Positions 14,170 through 27,711 of a DNA stretch of 64,000 nt are shown here, piece after piece. How positions within the stretch are numbered: position 1 is the first letter of the stretch; every line of letters begins with the position of its first letter. This DNA is from Octopus vulgaris. Its lineage: Eukaryota. The stretch spans positions 140,802,001 through 140,866,000 of the forward strand of contig OX597817.1 of assembly GCA_951406725.2 (NCBI GenBank). Reading direction: 5' to 3'. A program made the translations under genes and the position numbers. The notes below the pieces were generated by a model, which was not told the origin of the DNA, did not search any database, and saw only the letters and a program-made list of their open reading frames with translations.

Positions 14170-15838
14170 TATTATATCAAAGACAATATCTTTATGTGTT
14201 CGTGTATTACTTATACATTCGAAGACTGCTGCACCGATCATAATGAAATTTGGAACACAAAATCGAAGCCCAGGGAGAAAGGTAATGCTGTGTTTCATAC
14301 AATTTCATGGACCAAAATTTCGGAATGGATCCTAATGATATTTGAAACTTAGATTCAATGCATAAGGGCGGGTATAATGCAATATGTTTGGTTTGAATTT
14401 CGGATGGCTTAAAGGGGGCAGAACCCCCCATGAAAATTCATAAATTTTCGATGTTGATGAAATTTCAACCATGGGTAATTGACACATAAGAAGTATTCTC
14501 AAAGATTCCACTTCACCTGAGGATTCTAAGACACCCTAATGGGGGCCTTAACCCCCAAATTTTAGTCACTTCTTTTATGATCCAAAACTAAGTCAAAAGT
14601 ACTGAATGGATCTTTACGAAATGTGGAAATTATATTCTATGCATAAGGGCCATAACCCCCATGATAATTCATATATTTTTGCTGTTGATGAAATTTTAAC
14701 CATAGATATTAGATACAAATGAAGTAATATTTATGAAATTTCATCTTCTTACAAGTTAGGAAGACCCCCACCATGGGGACTTAACACCCACAATTTTGTC
14801 ATTTTATCTAAGCAAAGACGAATAGTTGTACTCTTGGAAGCTGTGGGGTCATCCGAGCATAGAAGATGCGCATTATTGGTAATTCAATGGTACAACAGTG
14901 TAAGAGTTTGCTTTGACATACACTTAGATTGGGATTTCTGCAATGTGCTACATAAATTGTCAAGTAAATGAGAGGCATCTTTGCCTCCACTGATTCAGTT
15001 GCAAAGTATTGAGTAAAGTTATTTGATTGCATATCTACTTTCAGTATTTTTATTATCAATGGGTCACACATAGTCCCCAGATGGTAATATTGATTTTAAG
15101 GCCTTCCCAGATGAGTGACTGGTTATTCAAAGACATTTATAGATTGTATATTTATTCTGTCCAGTTACGTATCATTATAGTGGTCATTTGCAAACTCCAA
15201 CTTTCATTTCTCCTTAGCCCTCACGTCACACAGTTGTTAACGTTTATTTCAGTTGGGTCACGCCCTTCCAATTGCTATAGATTCGTAATGCATCTTACAG
15301 CTGTGCCTGTTACCTGGATGATGACGAATACTACATTGGGAGTGGTAACGACTAGGGTAGGGTAACTGACTGCTTATTGTGATCATTCGTCTTTTGGTTT
15401 CCTGTAGCTTTGCTCTCTTTTACAAACCCAGTGAGCATATATTTCATATTTCAAAGAAATTCAAACAACAGATATAAGACCCAAGTAAAAAAGATTCTCA
15501 ACAATTCAACTTCTCTGGTTGACATTAAGACGCCCACCCCCAACAGGGGCCTTAACTCTCACATTTTAGAGCTCTATGACCTTCATTTTTTAGGAGCAAA
15601 ATCTTTTTAACAGGTTCAATAAGACTGCAATTTTGGAATATGCGCATAAAAATCAGTAGTATGGGATATATGTGGCACGATTACAATTTTTGGGGGTGTG
15701 TAAGGAGGGAAATAACCCTCATCTGCAATTTTGATGAAATTCGAAACATAGATATTCCAGTTCATTAGAGAAAATATAACAGAAAAGTCTAATTCTTCAA
15801 TTGTATGTAACGCGGGCAACGCCGGGTATCTCTGCTAG
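14170..15838 (+). mobile_element. Helitron-like non-autonomous element with internal imperfect tandem repeats
   Basis: The 3' end has the GC hairpin cgggcaacgccggg followed by ctgCTAG|T. The same 3' end recurs at 53255-53281 and on the minus strand at ~3980-4008. The 5' region carries gcaccgatcataatgaaatttgg. The 5' boundary is uncertain. Confidence 0.6.
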
Positions 15839-16659
15839 TTGTTAATATATTTCATCGCATAAAACTAAGAAATATTCGATTATGTTTTATAGAATGGAGA
15901 TTACAACAAACTGAAGAAAAATAGTTCAAAGAACTGAAATATTTTACTTGTTAGATTGTAATCATAATTTGTTTTATATGAAAACGGGGAACGCTGTAAC
16001 CCATCCCCACTACACATATCAAACTCACTACCGACAAAATCCCTTTCTTGAACAAGTGTTTTATTAAAGGAAGCATATTAAAATTTTAAAGGGACTTTAT
16101 CAAGGAAAATCTTATTGAATTTTAAAATAAGTTTTAAAAGATTTCCAATAAGTTTTCTTTTGATAAACTTCTCAAATATTTCCATAAACCCAAAAGAGTT
16201 TCGATAACTTTATTTAATTAACATTCCCTTTAAAAAAAAAAGAGAGAGAGAAATATTTTTAGTATGCTTCCTTTAAAATAATATTTATGCAAAAGAGGTG
16301 GGGTCTGTCGCTTGAGGTTTTCTTCGTCAGTTATTAAAACATGTCACTACATTTTTTAAAAATCATGAGATAGATGTACCAAAATTATCTTCAAACCATT
16401 TTACATTTCTCTTCACACAAACCTTCAGCGCACACACATACTTTTACAAAGAAAAATATTTATACAACACAATTTTTCAACCCTCAGAAAACCCAATGTC
16501 TGCAGTTTCTTCTCTGCTCATGTTTTACCTGCAATTGTCATTCGGTTCTTTTAATGGCATCAAACTCGATGGTTTCAAAAGAGTTTAGAAAAGCCGTGGA
16601 CACAATCCTTACATCTTCATATCTCAAGGTTTGCCTCCTTTTTTCAGTCACAACAATTG

Positions 16660-16837
16660 CCGAAACTCTACAAAGTTCAGTTGGGGCCCGTATGTGAGTA
16701 TTGCGGCCACATGTGAGACAGTACTGCTGCTATACACACAAATTTCGTGGGCATATGCAGAGAAGGGCTATTTACTTGATTAGCATCCAATCACAATTGA
16801 ACACGCACAACTCTGTCCCACAAGCATGTTTCCTCTC

Positions 16838-16887
<50 letters not shown>

Positions 16888-17170
16888 ATCGCTACTATAA
16901 TCTCTCTTCCTCGGAGTTTATTGGTTCCATACTTTCTCCTCAAGGAAACTCTTTCCCGATCCACTCGTCTCTCCACCTCCAGTCACCCAGCTGTATCCAA
17001 TGTCACCTTACTCTCACATTAACTACAAATCCTAGTCCTTTCTCTCCGAACTATAATCCCTCTGGAATTTTCTATCTTCTCTTATCTTTCCTGCGGATGT
17101 TGACTTGCAACAGTTTCAACAGAACAATAGCATCTCTCCCACCAAACTGGGGGAGCCTACAAAGACCATG
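16660..17170 (+). pseudogene. Decayed LINE (CR1/Jockey/I-like) ORF2 3' region
   Basis: ...EYCGH...MQRRAIYLI...LLYRYYN..S.E motif, typical of post-RT regions; clade uncertain. Confidence 0.45.
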
Positions 17171-17585
17171 AACCCTGTCGTTTCCTCCAGACTCAGCAGC
17201 TAAAAGTAAGATTAAACCAATAAAAAAAAACGTGCGAATCTATTTGGTCGCTACAAACTAGAATAGACACACTAGTATTTAAAACTGTGTTGTTATATAC
17301 CTGTGGATGTGTGAAACTATTTTGTCACTATTATATACATATCGATATATGATAGAAATTGCTATGTACCAAAGTAGTTCGGTCGTATTTTGTTTTCAGT
17401 ATAACGAATTTTATTATCCGTATAACTGATTGAAAGCTAAGACAATGGTGATAAATAAGCTAAGGTGTAGACCCCGAATAGATAATAGCGAGGCAGTTCC
17501 CGGAGTTGAGATTTGTGTAATCAATCAAACAAACGCAGCGAGTCGTGCCAGCGTTTTACTAGTTTGTTATATTTGATGAGGAGAA

Positions 17586-17816
17586 GGCGACGAGCTGGCA
17601 GAAACGTTAGCGCGCCGAGCGAAATGCTTAGTGGTATTTCGTCTGTCGTTACGTTCTGAGTTCAAATTCCGCCGAGGTCGACCTTGCCTTTCATCCTCTC
17701 GGGGTCGATAAATAAAGTACCAGTTACGCACTGGGGTCGATGTAATCGACTTAATGCCTATGTCTGTCCTTGCTTGTCCCCTCTATGTTTAGCCCCTTGT
17801 GGGTAGTAAAGAAATA
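17586..17816 (+). mobile_element. tRNA-derived SINE family B (central domain resembles MetaSINE-type), full length with TSD
   Basis: ggcgacgagctggcagaaacgttagc...gagttcaaattcc...gcctttcatcctctcggggtcgataaataaagtaccag...aaagaaata. Flanked by tatatttgatgaggagaa / tatatttaatgatgagaa. Confidence 0.85.
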
Positions 17817-18279
17817 TATATTTAATGATGAGAATATAGTGACTGTAGAACACTTTTACTGCAACTGAAATCTAATTAGCCGCTACTGTGGATGTATTTC
17901 CATTTAGATTCCTACAGAAACTACTCAAAACGTATGTTAATGTAACCAACTAAAGAGAATGACCGTTTAAATAATAACCAGAATAACAAAAGAAACTTCT
18001 TTACTTCTGCTAGTTTAGCATAACGTGGAATGGTTCGATAAAGAGCTAGCATAAGATTTGATGGTTTGGTTTCTTCTAACAAATCTAAAAGGCAAAAATC
18101 GATCGCTTCTATTCGAAGCACTCAACGAAGTCTGAACATCAAAGTGCTTGATGCTTTAAACAATGGTAAGTGTTCCCAGAAGTCCATCCATGCTCTTAAC
18201 ATTGAAAGATATGAAAAGATGCTGCAATCTCTATCTTCTCAACAACACTAGCATCTGTGTTCATTTGACCTTTATCAGG

Positions 18280-18720
18280 TCGGAATGATAACTGAGTTGT
18301 GTTTTCTGGCCCGAGGAGCTGCTCTTTAAACCAATTTCCATAATGGGCATCAAGAGGAAATATTCTATCTGATGGCTAACAGCAACTGCTGACTATATCC
18401 AAGACAATTCACTTATCAGCCAGCTCCTCCTCCGACCTTTCCTTTTCTAATTTGTTTTTAATCTTGCAGCATTTTCTACAATTATTAGCTATACTGGCCA
18501 CCACACTCTCTCATGTTCTATTAAGAGTTATACAAAGTTTAACAGCTGCGAAGTTTCCTTCAAATACGTTACTTTTCTGCTTGAATAACCTACTTGCCAA
18601 TTTATACTAGACCAATGAACAATGCGATTTCTTCGACGGATTCCTCTCGTTGTTAATTAAAACAAGTATTTCCCAAAAGGGATTCTGCTTGAAGATCCAA
18701 GAGAAAAACCAAAAATGTGT
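18280..18720 (-). pseudogene. Possible decayed DNA-transposase C-terminus (hAT-like)
   Basis: The minus frame reads ...AAVKLCITLNRT*ESVVASIANN...ERSEEEL...LDAHYGNWF with stops; recognised from memory only. Confidence 0.3.
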
Positions 18721-19404
18721 TTTATTTTAGTCTAATCATGCAAGATCAAGTTCCTGCAACACTTTTATTCAATACAAGCATAAATATCTCGTGTCACCGG
18801 CGCGTTGCATTCCTGAAAATTCTCGTGGGAACATATAGTTCCGTAACGAGAGGCATTTTCTTTTTCCTTTTCAGTGACTTACATACTACATTGAGGTCAT
18901 AGAACAGAGAAAGCAATGGGGGAAATACATTACGCGCAACAGAACTCCACGTTACAGTAAACCTTTCATGAATGCAACTCTTCCATATTGTGGGTTGGAA
19001 TGGCGCCGGTAATGGACAGACAGAAAGAACATGGAACTCTCGCTATGACTGATTCCGATCTTATATCAGACGGCATGTTGATTAGAATCTGTTGATCTCT
19101 GGGGAAGATATTGGCGACTACCAACATGTGGTACATGATAACATCTACATTTGTTACACTCTGACATTCCGCACTTATCACAAGCTGGCAACGTCCATAG
19201 GTTTAACTCTCAACATGTGCTAAAAATTGGCGTTTTATCTGTGTTACACATTCACATCCTACATTAAACACTGGCACTGTACATATGCAACGCAGACACG
19301 CTACATGTGGAACACACTGCTACACTACATGTCTTAAATGCTGACAACCAACATGTATTACACACTGAAATCCTACATATACTAAGCGACAATACTTTAC
19401 ATAA

Positions 19405-19760
19405 TCAGCCTAGTGGTTGAGATGTTGCATTCACGACCGCTAGATCGTAGGTTCGATTCCCGGTCAGAGCAGCGTGTTACGTTCTTGAACAAAACACTTC
19501 ATTTCACGTTGCTGCTCTGGTGCTGGGTGGGGGCCGCAATGCCAGAGAATAGGCCCAACGTTTCTTCTGCGCGTCGTCGTAAAAGGCGACTAAAAGAGCT
19601 TGTGGTAGAATTTGCACTCCGACCTCGAAGAACGCTCACCTGCAACGACTACCCAAAACAGACCCATGGGTGGTAAGAGGTTGTCACCTGAGTAGTGCAA
19701 AGGTGTCATCTGTCAGGAGTAGGGAATCGCCAACAAATATTGGTGATTCCCTACTCTATA
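19405..19760 (+). mobile_element. tRNA-headed SINE-like element joined to an RTE-like structured segment
   Basis: A/B boxes (gcctagtggttgag...ggttcgattccc), then gtcgtcgtaaaaggcgactaaaag and a 17-bp hairpin at 19717-19756. Confidence 0.5.
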
Positions 19761-20189
19761 CATGTTGACACTAGACATGTTTTACAGGCTAAAACCGAAG
19801 TCTATTACCCACGCCTATCACATGTAGCTATGAGTTAATAATTACAAATTAATATTTCATATTGTAGTTTAGATTTAACTATGACACTAAATTGGTGAAG
19901 AAAACTCACTAATACAACATTGATTTCAAATTTTGACGATATGCCAGCAAGTTTGGAGTAGAAGGTAAGTCGATTACATTGCCCCAGGATTCAACTGGTA
20001 CTTATTTTATCGATCCTGAAAGGATGAAAGGAAAAACTGACCACGGCGGCATTTGGACGCAGGACGTAAAGTCGGAAGAAATGCCGTTAAGCATTTTTAT
20101 CGGCACAGTAACAATTCTGTCATTTTGTGGCCTCAGCCCTGGCAACTTTAACTTAACCATACTCGTATCTGTCAATAATTTTTCTAGCA

Positions 20190-20410
20190 TATACTCTTTA
20201 CTCTTTTACTCTTTTACTTGTTTTAGTCATTTGACTGCGGCCATGCAGGAACACCGCCTTTAATCGAGCAACTCGACCCCGGGACTTATTCTTTTGTAAG
20301 CCCAGTACTTATTCTATCGGTCTCTTTTGCCGAACCGCCAAGTAACGGGGATATAAACACACCAGCATCGGTTGTCAAGCAATGCTAGGGGGACAAACAC
20401 AGACACACAA

Positions 20411-20489
<79 letters not shown>

Positions 20490-20656
20490 TACAACGGGCT
20501 TCTTTCAGTTTCCGTCTACCAAATCCACTCACAAGGCTTTGGTCGGCCCGAGGCTATAGTAGAAGACACTTGCCCAAGGTGCCACGCAGTGGGACTGAAC
20601 CCGGAACCATGTGGTTGGTAAACAAGCTACTTACCACACAGCCACTCTTGCGCCTA
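20190..20656 (-). mobile_element. SINE family A copy, full length
   Basis: Same family as 3497-3908. Confidence 0.85.
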
Positions 20657-21807
20657 TATATTAAGAAAATGAAATTAAGTTTTACATCTTAACGTAAAAT
20701 CATTTGAAAATCATCAAAATGACAACCTTTCTTTTCCGTCTGTTTAATCATTAACGGAGTTAATTCAATAACAGCAAAGCAGTCATATCATTCAAATATG
20801 TGATCACGTAGTTGCCATTAACTCTTCTGCCACATACACAACCATTAATAACATTACATTTCAACGTTACAACTTTGTTATTGTGAATGGTTTATAACTG
20901 TACTGTTGTTGTTTGAATGTTTTAAGTGAACATTTGAGAATTGCAATCAACTTTTATACTCAGACCGACAGAAGTCCATAAATGAGTCTTGTCACGTATA
21001 ATTAGAGCTGACATGTAACTGGAGACTCTGCCTTTGGGTTTTCCTGTACTATATTTCCTAACAATGACATCAGTTAATTACGATGAGGCCTTTATTTAAC
21101 TGTAGTTCGACTTCATAAGATAAAGCAAAGGATCTGGGAAGTGGTTTGATGTATATCTGGAAACTGAAAGTTACCAGTTTCGGTCGATAACTGATGAAGT
21201 GTTGGGGTTCTGGTGTCTGCCCTGCGTGTACGTTTTGTAGCAGTTTATGCATTTTTCATTTATGGAATAACTGAACGCCACGCATCCCGACTTTGTTAAC
21301 AGTAAGTGTATAGGTATATACTAGGGAACGTAATTTTGATACATAAATATAGGCAGTTTGTATATATTTAATCAAATAAGCTATGTTGTTTATGGTTTGT
21401 TATAAGATACATGAATCTTTGATGAAATACAATATTCCTTTAGAAATATCGTAATCTAATTTCTTGTAACAGCAAGATAGATTCTAGATAAAGAGACGTC
21501 TGCTTTTGCTTCGCTTTTATTAAATTGTTTGTTTATGAAAGCTGAATAGTAAAGGACCCCTAGCTATTGGCTACAACTGTACACGGTATGTATGTATACA
21601 CACACACACACACATACACACACCCAGTAAGCACATAAATGCAAAGCAAGTTGGAAAAAATAATACTCGAATGCCAAAGGTGAAATAATATGCTTTTTTT
21701 ATTAAAGCAACGAAAACATCACCTGATGTTTTTACAGCGTTAATAGAAAAAAACGTTTGTGCGTGTGTATGTGGTGTGCATACACATGAGAATTTCGATA
21801 TATATAT

Positions 21808-22542
<735 letters not shown>

Positions 22543-23279
22543 GTTTAAATATTTGTTGTGCAAGATTTTTTATGTGAAGTCGTGTGTTGAAACAGATATT
22601 GTTATATTTCGGAATGGTCATATTGCCAGTTTAGCCAATAAAAACACACGCACTATATATTTGGTGTTATTTTGCTTCAGTGATATTTATTTTTTACATT
22701 AATCTTAATCTTATTTCGGCCAAAGTTCTTTCGTCACACTCCTGTGACCGCATCAGTGGTCCTTTGTTTTCTTCTCACTAATTGTGTCTCTCCTTACTAA
22801 CCGTCAGCCATTTTGTATTTCTATTGTATGTCTTCATTTGCGCATGCTTATATCTCTATGTGCGTCTATGTTTATTTAGTGTGTGTGTGGGGGGGATGCC
22901 TGTAATATTTGTATCTTCTGGTTATATACATTCTTGTAATTTGTATTTTGTTTTTGTTGTTGTTGCTTTTGTTCTAATTTTGTTCATGTGTTTACATCCA
23001 CCCATTATCATCATTACATATGCTTGTATGTATGTATAACAACAATATTAGTAATAATAATAATAAATCTAATCGAAAAAAAAAAAATATATATATATAT
23101 ACATATACACATATATATATACATACACATACATATACATATATATATATATATACATATATACACACATATATACACATATACATATACATATATATAC
23201 ACATATACATATATATAGATATTCATTTCTATTTCTTTAATTACCTGTGTATTTATTATGTTTGCAGGATCCACTATTG

Positions 23280-24546
23280 TCATATGTTGTGGTGTGCGCT
23301 ATTGCTCCATTCTAGTTTTCTATTCAGGCTAGGTTTATTTTCTATTATATGTGTAGCTTCTGTAATTTGTCTAATTGTTGCATCTGTTCTGTGTGTGGAC
23401 AATATCTTAATCTCTATGTTATTGATTGATCCCCCGTGTTCTTGTTCGGCGTGTTGGTACAGAATCGATGAGCTTTTACCTTCCTTGAGTTGTCTCCAAT
23501 GTTCATTCATCCGCTCACCAATGCTTCTTGCAGTTTCCCCTACGTATGTTACTGTCTTGTTACTGCATTGTCCCTCTATACATCTTATACTATAGACCAC
23601 ATTTCTGGCTTTACAGTTCGTTTGTGGGCTAAATCTACATACAGTGCAATAGTTATCCGTACAGAGAGTTCTACTAAAAGGATAGCTTCTACCAATTATA
23701 GATCTGATAGGGTTGCCTGGCTTTTCAACAACCTTAATTCTTAGTTTAAGTTTATCTAGGGTCCTTCTAAAGCGGTACGCTAGTTCACCTCCAGGGGTGG
23801 TGTCAACGAACATGACACTCTGGTATTTATGGCTATCATACCAAGAGTTGGCCTTCCCTATTTTCTTTTTTGTCCTTTCTATAGTGTTCCATGACTTGTT
23901 CCTATAGAGTGGGCAAATCCCATTCCTATCATTACATAATATATTATCAAATTTTTTTCATGGCTCCTTTGTATACTCTGATCCTTTCTTTATGGCTGTA
24001 ACCTGAGAACTGCATGCGGTGAATGAAATACTGTATGTGTCTCTTTAATTCTGTAGGCTCGCACATGCGTGACACATTTCTCATTATTCTGACGAGGTCT
24101 GCCATCAAAATATTGAATTTGGCATTGCCCGCAATGGCTGAGTTCCGGTGGATCAGGTATTTTGAGGCCATAGGTTTTGCATAGTATGAATGAAGGATTT
24201 GGGTTTGGGTTTTATTTTTCACAATTTCTAGCCAGAGTTCAGTGTCTAGTACTGGTAGTCTATGGTTGGGGTGTTTAGTGGGGTAGTCTATTGTGACCTT
24301 AATACTCTGGTGGATGGAGTTAGCTATTTGCTGGATGCTCTCCATAGTATTAGTTTCTATTACTATATCAACAGTACTCTCTTGTGGGGGTGCCTTTACT
24401 ACTATATTGATATCATCAACATAGCGAGAGTACATGTTTACGAGTATGGATTTCTGCAGTAGGCATTCTTTAAGCCTTCTGTCCCACCATACCATGAAGA
24501 GGTTGGCCACATCACCAGCGATACTAACACCGATGGCTGCCCCCTC
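23280..24546 (-). pseudogene. PLE reverse transcriptase (C-terminal half) + GIY-YIG endonuclease, with one frameshift
   Basis: GAAIGVSIAGDVANLFM, YSRYVDDI, LPVLD, YYAKP, then C..C..C...NVVYSIRC...[16 protein letters not shown]...LN. Removing one A from the run at ~23952-23958 fuses the two ORFs. Confidence 0.9.
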
Positions 24547-24631
24547 GTTTTTTTTTTCGATTAGATTTATTATTATACAAAATGGCTGACGGTTAGTAAG
24601 GAGAGACACAAGTAAGTGAGAAGAAAACAAA

Positions 24632-24676
24632 GGACCACTGATGCGGTCACAGGAGTGTGACGAAAGAACTTTGGCC
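24632..24676 (+). ncRNA. Hammerhead-like motif in the PLE pLTR with a variant core (second copy at 22718-22762, minus strand)
   Basis: cca CUGAUGCG GUCACA-ggag-UGUGAC GAAAG-aa-CUU ugg; non-canonical position 9. Confidence 0.55.
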
Positions 24677-24790
24677 GAAATAAGATTAAGATTAATGTAA
24701 AAAATAAATATCACTGAAGCAAAATAACACCAAATATATAGTGCGTGTGTTTTTATTGGCTAAACTGGCAATATGACCATTCCGAAATAT

Positions 24791-24856
<66 letters not shown>

Positions 24857-25347
24857 ATTTGTATATCTAAAGAAGGATAAAATTTTTTCGAAAAAAAATG
24901 TTATCAATGGCCAGCATATTAAAAAATACCTTTAAAGGTTAAATTATAAACAACTTATAAATAAGGGCAAACGAAAAAATTTCTAATGCCAAATATGCCG
25001 AAAATTGAACATATTGTCCATTTACCATATAATTTTTCTCCAGTACGCACGCTACTCAAAAAAAGGTCGACAGAAATCTCTAAAAAATTCCATTATTACC
25101 ATATCGGACAGATTTCAGGGTTAGTTCAAAAAGAACCCTCCCTTCGTCAGTGATACATGTGGCAAAGAAGTAAGTGAGATACTTACTCATACCCATGGAA
25201 GAAGCAAACACTAAGTCATGAGCACAACTAAGTACCCCAAATAAATCCAAAGTAGAAATACTCCAGCCCATTCAAGACACGTGCGATTTGAACTGAGGCA
25301 CTCACAGAGTGGGAGAGTCCAGAAGTGAACACTATTAAATTTGTATA
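24857..25347 (-). mobile_element. ~480-bp ORF-less hammerhead-bearing monomer (pLTR/retrozyme-like)
   Basis: Homologous to 50776-51362 in circularly permuted order; terminal redundancy atttgtata at 24857 and 25339. Confidence 0.8.
25097..25155 (-). ncRNA. Type I hammerhead ribozyme
   Basis: uauca CUGACGA AGGG...CCCU GAAAUC-uguc-cGAUA uggua. Confidence 0.75.
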
Positions 25348-25363
25348 TATGTATGTATGTATA

Positions 25364-25831
25364 TAGTTGAAAAATATCGTTATAGGTATAAAAATACCAT
25401 AAACAATTATAGAAAAATGGAAGCGAAAAAGATGTTGAATCAAAATTAGATTTAATACAAAATAGGATTCAATACATACGCGCGTTTCAAAGGACAATAC
25501 AAATATGTAAGAAAAAACAATAACCATAGTAATTATAATTAAATTTATGCATTGTCATTTTCATCAATGTAAAGAACTTTTGTAAGGACTTCAAAAAAGG
25601 TTTTGGTGTTCTTACAAAAATTCCTTACATTGATGAAAATGACAATGCATAAATTTAATTATAATTACTATGGTTATTGTTTTTTCTTACATATTTGTAT
25701 TGTCCTTTGAAACGCGCGTATGTATTGAATCCTATTTTGTATTAAATCTAATTTTGATTCAACATCTTTTTCTCTTCCATTTTCTGTAATTGTTTATGGT
25801 ATTTTATACCTATAACTATAGTTTTCAACTA
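25364..25831. repeat. Long inverted repeat (~225-bp arms); each arm carries a hammerhead fold
   Basis: 25364-~25590 is the near-perfect reverse complement of ~25608-25831. Confidence 0.92.
25626..25724 (+). ncRNA. Type I hammerhead-like fold with a long stem II (mirror copy at 25473-25571, minus strand)
   Basis: uaca UUGAUGA AAAuGACAAUGCA...UGUAUUGUCcUUU GAAAC-GCGC-GUA ugua. Confidence 0.7.
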
Positions 25832-25981
25832 CTATTTTCATGTTCTTATTACTTGCTCTGGGTTTTTTGGGGGTTTTTTTTAATATGTTGAATCTTTATT
25901 AGAAATCATTCTTTCTCTCTTTTTTGAACCTCTCAAAAAGTTTGAATTGTTTTCTTTTGAACTTATTTTTTCCCCAGATAT

Positions 25982-26099
<118 letters not shown>

Positions 26100-27711
26100 G
26101 TATATATATCGATGGAGGCCTAATTAGGAGAACTGAAGGTTAGTTGTTTATTAGTGACAACAACTAGTAGTTGTAATGTTTGCATTTGAAGATCATTGTT
26201 TGCACGTTAGAGATTAACGGTTTGAACGTTTGAAATTAACAGTATGTTAGAAATTAAGGGTTTATATGTCAGAGATTAACGGTTAAATAACCAGCTGTTG
26301 TGCGGTTGTATTATGTAAATAACTGATGCTGATGGTAGGTCATTTGATCTTTGTCGTTAGAGTTTAGTCCCGGGTCGACCCTCATCGAGCAGGCCTGTAA
26401 CCAAAGGTGTTATGTGTTTCACTCTGTCGCTTCTAAAATCAAGAACTTGTTATTCAAAGCGTCCTTATTTCAAAACAATATGATGTTATTTGACGGAGAA
26501 TTGGCAACTATTCCAAAAAGTATACGAAGTGGAGGAAGTGGAATGAGTTGAAACGTATGGCATTCATGAAAGTTGGACGAAATATTGTTCTTGTTTCTGT
26601 GTAGTGTTTGCGTTTTTGGTACTGCTACCTGAGAATAAATTATGTCCTTGTGGAAATTATAAGGTTTATCACAGATAACAACAATAATAATTATATATAA
26701 TTTTTCCGTTATTTTCAAGATACCAATAGAAAATAGACTTTTTCCTGTCTTGTTGTTATAATAATTCATTAATAGTTAGAAAGAACATGTTTTGTGAGCA
26801 GACTTTAAGAAATACAACATGAACACAGAGAAAAATAACAAGTTTGGTAAAATGGTATTAATGAGATGTTAAGTGTACATAATATATTATGAGAATGTAT
26901 GTATAAATTTCTTTGTTTGTAAAGAGAAATGAATAGAAGCAGAAAAATGGTCAGCAATAATGAGAAAACGATAATAGACTTGTTTTAAACTGGTGACAAT
27001 AACAATACGCAAATGATTTCTTATTCAGCTTTTATGAGAGCCAAAAAGAGAAGTAATTTAGTTCTTTAGAGACAAAAACGAGAGTTTTCCTTTTCCCACC
27101 TTTCTCTCTCTCCACCTCTCTCTCTCTCTCACACATTCCTTCTAGTTTGGAGGGAAGAAGAGGAGGAGAAGTAAAGCAACTTGGCTCTGGCAGCTAACTA
27201 TCGACTGAAGGAAAGAACAGATACGGAGAGAAGTAAGAGAGTTGGTAGAGGAGGAAGCTTGTGTCTGCCTGAATAGCAAACACTGACTGACATATCGCCA
27301 GTCCCTGATTGATTAGAATAACGCACATTACAGAACAGTGACATACTAAGATGTCGCTTGAATGAGGTCGTTACTGACACTTTACGAAATGTTTTGGAGT
27401 TTATCGTTTATCAAAATTATACAGATTTTGGTGGGAGGAGCATTTTGCAGATGCGCTGCTGTCTCTTGTGTAGGAAAAGTCATGCAAGAATAGAGGGATG
27501 TCTTTAGATATAGAGTAAAAGTGTGGGGGCTGAAGATGATGAGACTTAGGCTCTTAATGTGAAGACAAAAGAAAACCAGAAAAGGAAATAAGGTTTTAGT
27601 TATTAACAAAATTGAGTTAGCTGAGATCTCATAAGGAGAATGCGAAGGAGAAGAGAACGGAGTGACAACATTGCAGCGCATTGCGGTCGTTCTAGACTTC
27701 CGTGACTACAA

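Larger units (their letters stand above)
22596..24798 (-). mobile_element. Penelope-like element, 5'-truncated, bounded by ~220-bp inverted pseudo-LTRs
   Basis: 22596-22817 is the reverse complement of 24576-24798. It encloses the RT + GIY-YIG ORF and is flanked by (TA)n. Confidence 0.9.

Noticed and set aside
17586-17680. tRNA gene calls at SINE heads
   Set aside because: Only A/B-box-like motifs continuing into SINE bodies; no full cloverleaf
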